The notes beneath the pieces are model-generated. The model was given only the letters and a program-made list of their open reading frames with translations, ran no database searches and was not told the origin of the DNA. Positions 49,085 to 59,620 of a stretch of 64,000 nucleotides of DNA are shown here, one piece after another (the stretch's first letter is position 1; each line of letters begins with the position of its first letter). The stretch lies in NCBI GenBank assembly GCA_008632985.1, contig QPGO01000197.1, forward strand, positions 62,001-126,000. The letters are read 5' to 3'. The stretch is from Psammoneis japonica (Eukaryota). A program made the position numbers and the translations under genes.

Positions 49085-50699
49085 ATGATGAGTGAATCGT
49101 TGAAGGAGCCTTGCATTGGCTGTGAAGCTGAATTTGAGCATTCTGACTTGGAGGAAGTGAAATTGACCCAATCGCATGATGACGGCAGTGCTCATACAAA
49201 AAAGTGTCCGCGTTTTGATGGTACTCATGGCATTGAAGCATTGTTATTCGTTGAGGATCGTTTTCGTAAAATTGCTGTGAAATTGGAGTGCACTGCTGGC
49301 GAGGAGTTGTTCGAAAATTTCGAGGAAGTGCTTGCGGATGCTGCAGACGCGTTCCAGGTCTAGCTGGGACCTCGTACTGCTGAACTGTGACATCGATAGT
49401 TTTTTGAATCACGTCGTATGTCGCGCACGTAGATTTCTACGTGATTTTTTTGATATTTTGTGTCATTTTACGGTACACTTATTGAGCGATCCGTCCAACA
49501 ACTTTTGACATTTTTTGTTACAGCGCGATTCTATAATGTCTTAAGAATCGCTTAGGGCAGGTGCATTTGCAAAAACGTCGAGTGGTAAGAGGCATAATTG
49601 TACCACAAACTTGGCCGTTTATTTGATGTTGAAGATAAATATATCCATTAATTAAATTCTCGTACTACGGAGCTCGCACGTAGAATTCTACGGGCCCAAT
49701 GTCACACGGAGTCCCACCTGGGGCTGGAACGCGTCTGCAGAGGACAAGTGGGCGAACTTGACCAATGCAATTGACGATGCCGATAAAACTGTCGAGCGTT
49801 TTGATCAGGAAATCAATCGTTTTTACTTGTCTTATTGTGACAATGAAGCACGTGATGTGATGATTGAATGTTTGCCAACCTTGAAAAAACCATTCAAATC
49901 TGAAGTGCAGGCGCATGCAGATCGCATGGAAACCTTGATTCGGTGCTCCAACAAACTTCCAGGAAACACTCCTCAAGTCAACAAAGCTCAGAAGAAAAAG
50001 ATGATGTTCGACAGCTTTCCTCGTCCGTGGCGTGAGATGTGTGCTCGAGCAGGACGAGCGACAGTGAATGACACTCTCGCTGAGATCATCAGTTGCACGA
50101 ACAACGAGAAATCTTTTGCTGACAAGAGTGGCAACAAGAAGCAGGACAAGAAGAGGAAAAGCAATGGTGCTTCGTCTCAAGCTTCAAGATGCTCTCGTGG
50201 CAACAGTGGCAGAACAGATCCAGAATCTAGATGCCCGGTGCATGCGAATCACGACCACAAGTGGAAGGACTGCATTTTGAATCCAGAAAGCCAAAACTGT
50301 CGACCGAGGTCCGACCGTGGTGGTCGTAGCGGAGGTTGTGGTGGAGGCCGAGGAAACCACCAAGGTGGAGGACCCCAAGGTCGAGGCGGTCGTGGCAACT
50401 TCCAAGGTCGAGGACGTGGCAATCATGGCAATCAAGGAGGATGTGGAGGCCGAGGTTACGGCAATTGTAACAACTCCCAGAATTCTCAAGGGAGTGGATC
50501 CCATTGCCAAAATCAAAACGGCACCCAAGCCAACGGTGACACCCAAGGCTGTGGAAATCCGGCTGGAGCAGCTCCTCCTGGTGGCTGGCAAATGGAGTCG
50601 CACCATTTTGATCAAGGAGGGCCTCGTGAGATGCGAGGTGGAAATGGACACGATCAGAATGGTTGCACCCATCAAGGCCAACGAAGTTGGCGTAATTGA
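49085..50699 (+). pseudogene. gag: Gypsy gag interrupted by a 390-bp MITE
   Basis: Removing 49346-49739 joins ..EEVLADAA-EDKWANL..; CPVHANHDHKWKDC knuckle; RGG-rich tail. Confidence 0.85.
49346..49735 (+). mobile_element. 390-bp MITE, copy 1 (TpA intact)
   Basis: 12-bp TIR GACGCGTTCCAG/CTGGAACGCGTC; 4-bp TSD TGCA. Confidence 0.92.
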
Positions 50700-53600
50700 C
50701 AAGGGACGGAAGTGCCCGAGTCAGAGCGTGTTGCTCAATCTTTTTATGTTTCGCGTGATCGTGAAGAAAATGTGTGTTTTAATGTTGATGACAATGTGGG
50801 AGACCTGATGGAATCTTGTGCTGTGAATGAAGAAAACTTGGGCGGCGTTTTGGAGTGCGCTGTGCCAACCCCTAAAACTGCGACTCCCAAACCATTGAAT
50901 GTGGTGCCAACGACGTTGATGGCGGCGCGCACCATTCAAAATCAAGAGAGCAAGCGAGTGTTGCGAGTGCTGTTGGATTCAGGAGGTGCCAACACTCTTG
51001 TTCATTCTCGAGTTTTGCCGAAGGGAGCGAATCCAACCATGAACGATGAAGGACGGTTGAGCTTTCAGACGGTGGCCGGACGATGTGAATCCTCCCGATG
51101 CGTCATTGTGAAGGACTTGACATTGCCAGAATTTGACAAGTCAAAACAAGTCGACAGTGTTGCGGCTCAAGTTTTTGACACCCCATGCAAGCATGATTTA
51201 ATTTTGGGACAAGACTTTTTGTCGAAAGCCGGAATCGGGCTTGATTTTCGATTTGGAACAACAAAGTGGTTGGAAACGTCGATCCCAATGAAGCAATCCA
51301 ATCATTGGAACTCAGTTCAGAATTGGTTGGATGCACTGGAAGACGACGGAGAGGACGAAGACGATGAGGAAGCCTTCGGACAATCTTTTGTGATGGACGC
51401 CAAATGCGAGAAAGCATCATCCGCGAAAGTGGCACAAGCTCAAACTCACTTAACTCAAGAACAACGTGATGAGCTGCGGGCTGTGCTTGAAAAGCATGAA
51501 ACCCTCTTTGATGGAACGCTTGGCAAATGTCCGCATGAGACTGTTCGCTTGGAAGTTGATCCCAACGCTGTTCCCTTCCATTCTAAGGCTTGCAAAGCAT
51601 CCAAGAGGGATGAAGCCGTTTTTAAGAAAGAACTGCAACATCCATGTAATGTTGGCGCACTGGAGCCAGTGGGACCAACTGAATGGGCAGCCGGAACTTT
51701 TGTAACTCCCAAAAAGGATGGACGAGTTCAATGGGCACCCGATTTTCGAGAGTCGAACAAGGTGCTCAAACGAAAGGTCTGTCCTCTGCCGATCATTCAA
51801 GACGTTGTTCACTGATGCTCGGGATGCAAGCACTTGACCAAGTTGGACCTCACTGTGTTTTATTGTCATGTTGAGCTTGACAAAGAATCCAAGGATCTGT
51901 GTGCTGTTGTTGCTCCGTTTGGAAAATTTCGATGTTGTCGATTGGCCATGGGTTTGAAAACCTCTCCCGATGTTGCTCAAGCCATCATTGAAAAAGTGGT
52001 GAAAGGAGTCGATGTTGAAACTTACATCGATGATGTTGCTCAATTTGATGATTCGTTTGATGCTCACATGCGTCGACTCGATGAGCTGTCATCCAGACTA
52101 GAAGAGAACAATCTGAAAATTAACCCACTCAAGTGCGAATGGTGTGTCCAAGAGACAGATTTTTTAGGCCATTGGCTCACGCCTGCAGGAGTCCGACCAT
52201 GGAAGAAGAAAGTGGAAGCAGTGCTACGAATGCAACCACCTAAAACCATGATGCAACTGCGATCGTTTGTCGGTGCGGCAACTTGTTGTCACAACATGTG
52301 GCCTCGTCGCTCACACGTGCTCGCTCCACTCACGAAGTTGACAGGCAAGAGCAAGTTGGAATGGACCCCTGAATGTCAACGAGCCTTTGAAGACATGAAA
52401 ACCTTGATGCTGGACGACACCCTTTGGGTCCACCCGAATCATGACAAGCCATTCCACATTTGTGCTGACTCTTCGGACTGTCAGATGGGAGCCGTGATTG
52501 TGCAAGACGGGAAACCAGTGGCTTGCTGGTCCCGGAAACTCAGCGCAGCACAACAGAACTGCTCTACGATTGAAAAAGAATCATTGGCGGTGGCAATGTG
52601 TTTCAAAGAATTTTGAAGCATGTTGTTTGGAGCTGACTGTGCTGTTTTTGTGGATCATAAAAATCTCACCTTTCGCACGCTCAATTCTCAACGAGTTCTT
52701 AGGTGGCGACTCTTCTTGGAAGATTTTGCCCCAACTTTCGAATGCGTTGATGGCAAAGACAATCTCTTGGCGGATTGTTTTTCAAGATTGCCGCACATGG
52801 ACCCTCCTGCGGAAGGGAAGTGTGCTCCCAACAAGGGCAAGCTGATTGATTTTAAGGCGATCGACCCTGCCATGCTGCCGCATGAAGAAGAGCTGGACGA
52901 CCAAAACTGTGTGTCTCATTTTTCCTGTCGTCGTGAAGAACCATCTCCATTTTACTCTTCTGTCGTGGACGACCCCAAATTGTGTGAATCATTTTTGAAC
53001 TGTCCTTCTCTCGAGGAAATGCAAAACCCCACAACTGTGCAACGAATTCAAGAACACCAATTCGTCGACGTGGAGCTGAACAACATGCGACAACAATGTC
53101 CAGAATGCTTCGTTGTGAAACATGTGAATCAGCGTCCTGTAATTTGTTGTCGTGCTCGACCGAATGATCCTCCGACTGCGTGGAAAATTTGTGTTCCAAC
53201 GGCGTTGCTGCACGACATCATATGATGGTGTCGTGGGATTTTGGGACATGCAGGAGTGCACCGAATGCATTCCACTGTTGGCGCACATTTCTGTCATCCT
53301 GCCCTTTGTCAATCCTGTGAAAGATTTCATTGTGCTGATTGTCAACATTTGAAAACTTTAGGCCCTGGGTGTGGGGACCCACCTGAACAGGAAGCGCCTT
53401 TGTTGCCATGGACGGAAGTTGCGGTTGATCTCATCGGTCCCTGGAAAATTGAAATTCAAAACCATGAAATCGAGTTCAACGCTTTGACTTGCATTGATGC
53501 CGTTTCGAATGTGACTGAACTTGTTCGCATCGACAACAAAACCTCGTCTCACATTGCTCAACAATTTGAAAATTGTTGGTTGTCTCGTCATCCTCGTCCC

Positions 53601-54194
53601 AACCGGTGCATCCATGACAATGGTGGAGAATTCATTGGAGAGGACTTTCAATTGTCATTGCAACGAGCAGGAGTGGAAGACGCTCCGACTGCGTCGCGAA
53701 ATCCACAAGCCAATGCGGCATGCGAGCGCATGCATCAAACTGTTGGAAGTGTCTTGCGCACTTTGCTTCATGTTTGTCCTCCACAGAATGTTGAGCAGGC
53801 CAATCAACTGGTGGACAATGCATTGGCAACCGCCATGCATGCAATGCGATGTGCGGTTTCTCGTGCTCTCAAGATTTCACCCGGTGCTGTGGTTTTTCAA
53901 CGTGATGTGATTCTCGACTTGCCGGTCCCAGCCGATCTTGCCGCCATTCAAGAACACCGACAAGCGATCATCAATGCGAATCTCCGTCGAGCCAACGCTA
54001 AACGCCGATCCCACGATTTTCAAGTTGGCGGACAAGTTCTGCTCAAGGCCATCGACCCAACCAAGCTCGAGCCACGAGCTCACGGTCCACATCCTGTCGT
54101 TCAAGTGCATGCTGACGGTGCGCTTGCGGTCCAACGTGCACCTCATGTGACAGAACGATTGAACACACGTCGCGTCGTACCGTGTCACACCTGA
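50700..54194 (+). pseudogene. pol: Gypsy pol (protease, RT, RNase H, integrase) with in-frame TGA stops and pervasive Tyr->Cys/His changes
   Basis: LLDSGG, YIDD, ADSSD..GAVIVQDGKPVACWSRKL, H..H..C..C, VDLIGP, DNGGEF, ERMH; TGA at 51813, 52614 and 53223 where CGA fits. Confidence 0.93.
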
Positions 54195-54434
54195 GGTCAA
54201 GGGTTTTCTCCCCAACATTTGGGTTTCCCTTCTATCCTCATCCATTGGAATTTAAATTTTTTGAGTCCCGCATGATTCTCGACACTCGAGTCATGGAAGG
54301 GAAGAGTGCAGTGTCTCGCACCTTATTTTTCTGACACACAGCATTAATGAACCTGTTAGATATAACGGAAGCCGTTGTAACGGGCTTCGCTGAAAGCGAC
54401 CCTCGTTACCTCGGTCTTTCGCTCACAATTTTGT

Positions 54435-54458
54435 NNNNNNNNNNNNNNNNNNNNNNNN
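54435..54458. other. Assembly gap (24 N)
   Basis: Run of n. Confidence 1.
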
Positions 54459-54776
54459 ATAAGTAATCATAAGTCATCATAAGTCATCAACAGCCCTCAC
54501 GACTCAAAACATAGAAAGGCACATGAATAAATAATGCATAAACAGTATTATGTTCTTCGCCAAACAAGACTAAATTTAACGGATAACCGTTAAAAACTAC
54601 ATAACACCATTGACAAAAATTTCCGTTGTGTTCATATAAATATACATAACTCATAAAAATTCGCGGACGGTGCTGTGTTGTTGCGTGCATCGCACAAACC
54701 ATCCTCATGATGTTACCAACAGACATACACCGCCAACATTTCTGCTCTTCAAGATAGGAACTAGTCGTTGTTTACT

Positions 54777-56007
54777 ATGAGGATTTCAACTGTGTGTGCT
54801 GTTACAAGTCTTGTTGTTGCCCTGAGTGCTGCTGTTGAAGGAACCTTTTATCCTGCAAACAACATAGAGAATTTCAGTTTTGCAGGCCGGTGGCAACAGC
54901 TTGAGGATGATGGTGTTGTCAGGTCGGACTGGCCGTGCAGCAGAGTGCAATTCAACATAAACATGACTGCAGAAGATGGCGTCATTACCCTCCGAGTAAA
55001 ACTTCATCGGGTGCGGCTCAACGCAGTCGTCACCAACGCAGTCACCGGCGAACTGGAGCAAACAACGATTCTGAAAGGTAATTCGTTTCGGCAGAGAAGG
55101 ATAAATACGGCATTCGAATTGAAGCACCGGAATGCACACCGTCACACTGACAAAATTGACACAAGCGGCACCCTATGGCAATGGTTTGGGCAAGTCAGCC
55201 ACGTCGGTGCTTGAATTCTATGGAGTAGAAATGGATGACGATGTCGCGACTCTTTCGCTTCCACCAAAACTGCCGGTACACCGGATTGGTTTTATTGGTG
55301 CCAGTGATACGGCAGGCTTTTGTGTGGATGGTACTCCGCAAGCATGTGACCATCTCGTTCGACCCTGGAAATACAACAATTGCGACTCTGCATATCCTGG
55401 CGTCTTGGGAAAACGTTTGAATGCCGAGGTGAGCGTCCAAGCCATATCAGGCATTGGACTGACGCAGAATGCGTTTGCGAATTTGCCAGTGGCGCTTGGT
55501 GAAAAAACAATACAGGATTATTACAACCGAACCCTTCAGACAGAGACGCTGCCTTTTTGGGACTTTGAAGAGTGGCGACCACACCTTGTGATTGTTTCTC
55601 TTGGTGGAAATGATTATAACCACCAAGAGGAGGTACCTTCCAACGAGACTTTTGTTCAAGCATATCAAAAGTTTCTTTTACAGATTGCCGAACCATATAC
55701 AAACGATGAAATTCCAACAATTGTGAGTATATGTGGGCAAGGGGACCCGACGGAACTGAGCCGAGATCCAAACAATGATCGTTGTCGGCCTTGTCCGTAC
55801 ATACAATACGCGGTCGAATCCTTTCAGACTATGCATGGTGCAACCATTCCGACCGAATACATTTTTGTTCCATGCGACGGCACGGTTGTGTCGGGAGATG
55901 GTGATATTGGTTGTGACGGCCACAAGAACCGGCTTGGTCAAGAGCGGGTGGCTGACTTTTTGGAACCAAAGCTTCGTGAAATCATGGGCTGGCCCAACAG
56001 CCAATAA
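54777..56007 (+). CDS. Secreted SGNH/GDSL esterase (carbohydrate esterase CE2-like); apparent frameshift ~55095-55125
   Basis: Signal peptide; FAGRW, FIGASDTAG (block I variant), AISGIG, LGGND, DGH; the paralogue at 57.7-59.3 kb has two extra bases here that restore the frame. Confidence 0.8.
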
Positions 56008-56524
56008 GTTCGACAGAGCCGATGGCTACATCAACGAGCGGAGGTGTTGCGATGACTGTCGTAGCCTACCCATGTAGTGCACGGCAGCATTTTGGCATTA
56101 TCGGAAGTTAACTTGCTGCAAAGGGCGACGTATTATTTCAGCTTCTTCCTTCAGACTTAGTGAGCTCTTGTGTGATGAGAACTTTCCTCTCTCTTCTGCA
56201 CCGGTGTAGTCTCGAGATTATGAGCTGTAGCTACACAGATGTGACTTTTCAATCGCTTTGGGCTCCTAAGTGTCAGCTAAGTCGCAAAGCGTCAACCGCT
56301 TATTTTGCCATAAGAATCTTTGGTGAAAGACATAAGACAGCGTCGTGCGCAACAGAGTCACTCTTGCCGTGAGTAGGTTCAACACACGTCGTATTGGATA
56401 GTTTACAGGTTTTAGCTGTTATAATAGACAATGTCTAATGTGCAATACACTGACGTTTCGTTACGCACTGGCATATTTTGGAATGGTGTGAACGTGCTGC
56501 GATTTTCCGCCAACAAAAGTCGGA

Positions 56525-57346
56525 TCAAGTCAAGAAGCCAGCATCCACCAATCCCTTGATTTTTTTACACTCGACCTTGTGATTTCTCTTCCATGCAGCA
56601 CGTTGGCATTCTTTGGAACAAAATTGGGCGATTTTGCAGGCGGAGCACTTTTTCATGACTCTTGCAGAAACCACCTTTTGACAGCCCGGACAATACGCCT
56701 TGCGCCCATCCAAGCAATGGCAATCAATGCGGCGAGCGAGAAACGGAACCACATCATCGCCGCAGTCAATGCGAGCAACCTCTCTGTAGCGATATTTCAA
56801 GGCGTCCGTTTCAGAGGAAAACTTCGGCTGACTGCCCGTCTCTTCTTCCGCAAGTTTTTCAATCACCACGCATACTGCGTCAACAACGGAGCCCTCTCCG
56901 GAGGCAACTGGGGGTCACCGTCCACCAGGGCGTCAACCGCCGTGGAAAAAAGAAAGCACGCAAAATCTTTTGTAATCGGAATTTGATCCTTACAAGCATT
57001 CACGGCATCTACGGCGGGGCTTAGTTGGGTGTTGTTCCAACTAATTCGCACAAGCCTCGTTCAATTTTGACATTGACATTGAGTAGGACATGAATTTACT
57101 TTTGTTGCCTTGATGGTTGTAACAGTGATAGCACGGTTCACCATTCGGTTTGTTTGCCTTGTGGATACAAAACGGGTTGTTGCACGGACAAGCCGCGGGT
57201 GCTGGTCTCTTTTCCGCAACGCAGCCTCTGCACAACCGTTTTCCCCACTTTGTTAAGTTCAAAGGCAGTAAAGTCCGCCGAACCAGCTCTTCTTGACAAC
57301 GGTAGCAGGTCGGCATGGTGTATGATGATGGTTTTATAATCGTCAA
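56525..57346 (-). CDS. MYND zinc-finger protein; two apparent frameshifts
   Basis: CPGC..KKCSACKIAQFCSKECQRAAWKRNHKVEC preceded by RRIDCHCLD. Confidence 0.75.
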
Positions 57347-57670
57347 TCTGTTTCCACTCTTCTTGATTCTTGATGCAATGCTAGATGCTTAGCTACTGTA
57401 GCTATCGAAACTGAAAACTTCTGTGCGCCGCAAGCCGCAAGGCAGACAACGCCTGCAATGAGGCACAGAATCAAGACCAACACACACCCGAGACACTGAC
57501 AAGACAATCCCCGTGGACTGACGTCCGTCCCCCAGCCGTCCCGACGCCCGTCGCAGTTTTGAAGTTCGAAAGTTGTGCACATCGAACAAAAACCATCCCA
57601 TGGTTATGGTGTCACTGCCAACAGACAGCACCAACCTTGTTGCTTTTCAAGCTACAGCCGTCGTGTTGCT

Positions 57671-59320
57671 GTGAGGATTTCAACTGTTTGTGCTGTTGCA
57701 AGTCTTGTTGTTGCCTTGAGCGCTGCTGTTGTTGAAGGAACCTTTTGTCCTGCAACAATGCAGAGAACTTCAGTTTTGCAGGTCACTGGCAACAGCTTGA
57801 GGACAATGGTGTTGTCAGGTTGGACTGGCCATGCAGCAGAGTGCACTTCAACACAAACATGACTGCAGAAGAGATGGCATCCTTGCCCTCCGAGCAAAAA
57901 TTCATCGGGTGCAGCTCAGTGCAGTCGTCGCCAACACAGTCACCAGCAAACTGGAGCAAACAACAATTCTGAAAGGAAATTTGTTTCAGCCAGAGAAGGA
58001 CAAACATGGCACTCAAATTGAAGGCACCAGGGTGCACACCGCGGCATTGGCGGACGTGCTCCAGCCCCAGGTGGGACTCCGTGTGACATTGGGCCCGTAG
58101 AATTCTACGTGCGAGCTCCGCAGTGCAAGAATTTAATTGATGGATGTGTTTGTTTTCAACATCAAATAGACGGCCAAGTTTGTGGCACAATTGTGCCTCT
58201 CACCACTCGACGTTTTTGCAAATGCGCCTGCCCTGCGCGATTCTCAAGACGTCACAGAATCGCGCTGTGACAAAAAATGTCAAAAGTTTTTGGACGGATC
58301 GCTCAATGACTGCACCGTAAAATGACACAAAATGTCGAAAAAATCACGCAGAAATCTGTGTGCGCGACATGCGACGTGATTAAAAAAACTGTCGACGTCA
58401 CAGCTCAGCAGTGCGAGGTCCCACCCAGACCTGGAACGCGTCGGCGCTGACAAAATTGCTGACACAAAAGCGGTGCACCCTGTGGCAACGGTTTGGGCAA
58501 GTCAGCCATGCCGGTGCTTTAATTCCACGGAGTGGAAATGGATGACGCTGTTGCAACTCTTTCAACTCCACCAACACTGCCAGCATGCTGGGCTGGTTTT
58601 GTTGGTGCCAGTGATGTGGCAGGCTTTTGTGTGGATGGCACTCCGCAAACATGCAGCCATCTTGCTCAACCCTGGAAATGCAACAATTGCAACTCTGCAT
58701 GTCCTGGCATCTTGGGAAAACGTTTGAATGCTGAGGTGAGCGTCCAAGCCATTTCAGGCATTGGACTGACGCAGAGTGCGTTTGCAAATTTGCCAGTGGC
58801 GCTTGGCAAAAAAACAATGCAGGGTCATTGCAACCGAACCCTTCAGACCAAGACACTGCCTTTTTGGAACTTTGAGGAGTGGCAACCACACCTTGTGATT
58901 GTCTCTCTTGGTGGAAATGATTGCAACCACCAAGAGGGGGCACCTTCCAATGAGACTTTTGTTCAATCACATCAAGAGTTTCTTGTGCAGATTGCCACAA
59001 GCCATTTACAAACGATGAATTTTCAACAATTGCGAGCACATGTGGGCAAGGGGACCCGGCGGAACTGAGCCAAGATCCAAACAACAATCATTGTCAACCT
59101 TGTCCACATGCACAAGATGTTGTCAAATCCTTTCAGATTGCGCATGGTGCAACCATTCTGACCGAACACATTTTTGTTCCATGCAACGGCCCGGTTGTGA
59201 TGGGAGTTGGTGACATTGGTTGTGACAGCCACAAGAACCGGCTTGGTCAAGAGCGGGTGGCTGACTTTTTAGAACCAAAGCTTTGTGAAATCATGGACTG
59301 GCCAAACAGCAAATGCGTTT
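57671..59320 (+). pseudogene. Hypermutated duplicate of the SGNH esterase gene, interrupted by MITE copy 2
   Basis: Colinear with 54777-56007; start ACTATGAGG->GCTGTGAGG; WKYNN->WKCNN, AYPG->ACPG, DYYN->GHCN, NDYN->NDCN. Confidence 0.93.
58053..58442 (-). mobile_element. 390-bp MITE, copy 2 (inverted, TpA-mutated)
   Basis: Reverse-complement match to 49346-49735, same length; TSD GGCG (58049-52 / 58443-46). Confidence 0.92.
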
Positions 59321-59620
59321 GACAGAGCCGATGGTTGCACCAACAAATGGAGTTGTTGACACAAGAACCAGCTTGGTCAAGAGCGGGTGGCTGACTTTTT
59401 AGAACCAAAGCTTTGTGAAATCATGGACTGGCCCAACAGCTGACATGCGTTCGACAGAGATGATGGCTGCACCAATGAATGGAGTTGTTGACACAAGAAC
59501 CAGCTTGGCCAAGAAAGGGTGGCTGACTTTTTAGAACCAAAGCTTTGTGAAATCATGGACTGGCCTGACAGCTGATGCGTTCGACAGAGCCGATGGTTGC
59601 ACCAACAAATGGAGTTGTTG
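59231..59620 (+). repeat. Tandem triplication (~130-132 bp unit) of the esterase pseudogene 3' end
   Basis: ACAAGAACC..TTTTTAGAACCAAAGCTTTGTGAAATCATGGACTGGCC units starting at 59231, 59361 and 59493. Confidence 0.9.

Larger units (their letters stand above)
48689..54434 (+). mobile_element. Ty3/Gypsy LTR retrotransposon, inactivated (3' LTR runs into an assembly gap)
   Basis: LTR 48689-48816+ matches 54307-54434; PPT GGAAGGGAAGAG before the 3' LTR; order gag-PR-RT-RH-INT. Confidence 0.95.

Noticed and set aside
50700..54194. Alternative genetic code or RNA editing restoring Tyr from Cys/His codons
   Set aside because: Neighbouring genes use the standard code, and the same changes occur in non-coding LTR, MITE and TSD sequence.
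54459..54492. ATAAGTCATC-type short repeats as the end of the 3' LTR or a telomere-like tract
   Set aside because: No counterpart in the 5' LTR region, no TSD found, only about 3 units, and adjacent to a gap.
59231..59620. CRISPR-like array
   Set aside because: Contiguous ~131-bp tandem copies of a gene end, with no unique spacers and no cas genes.
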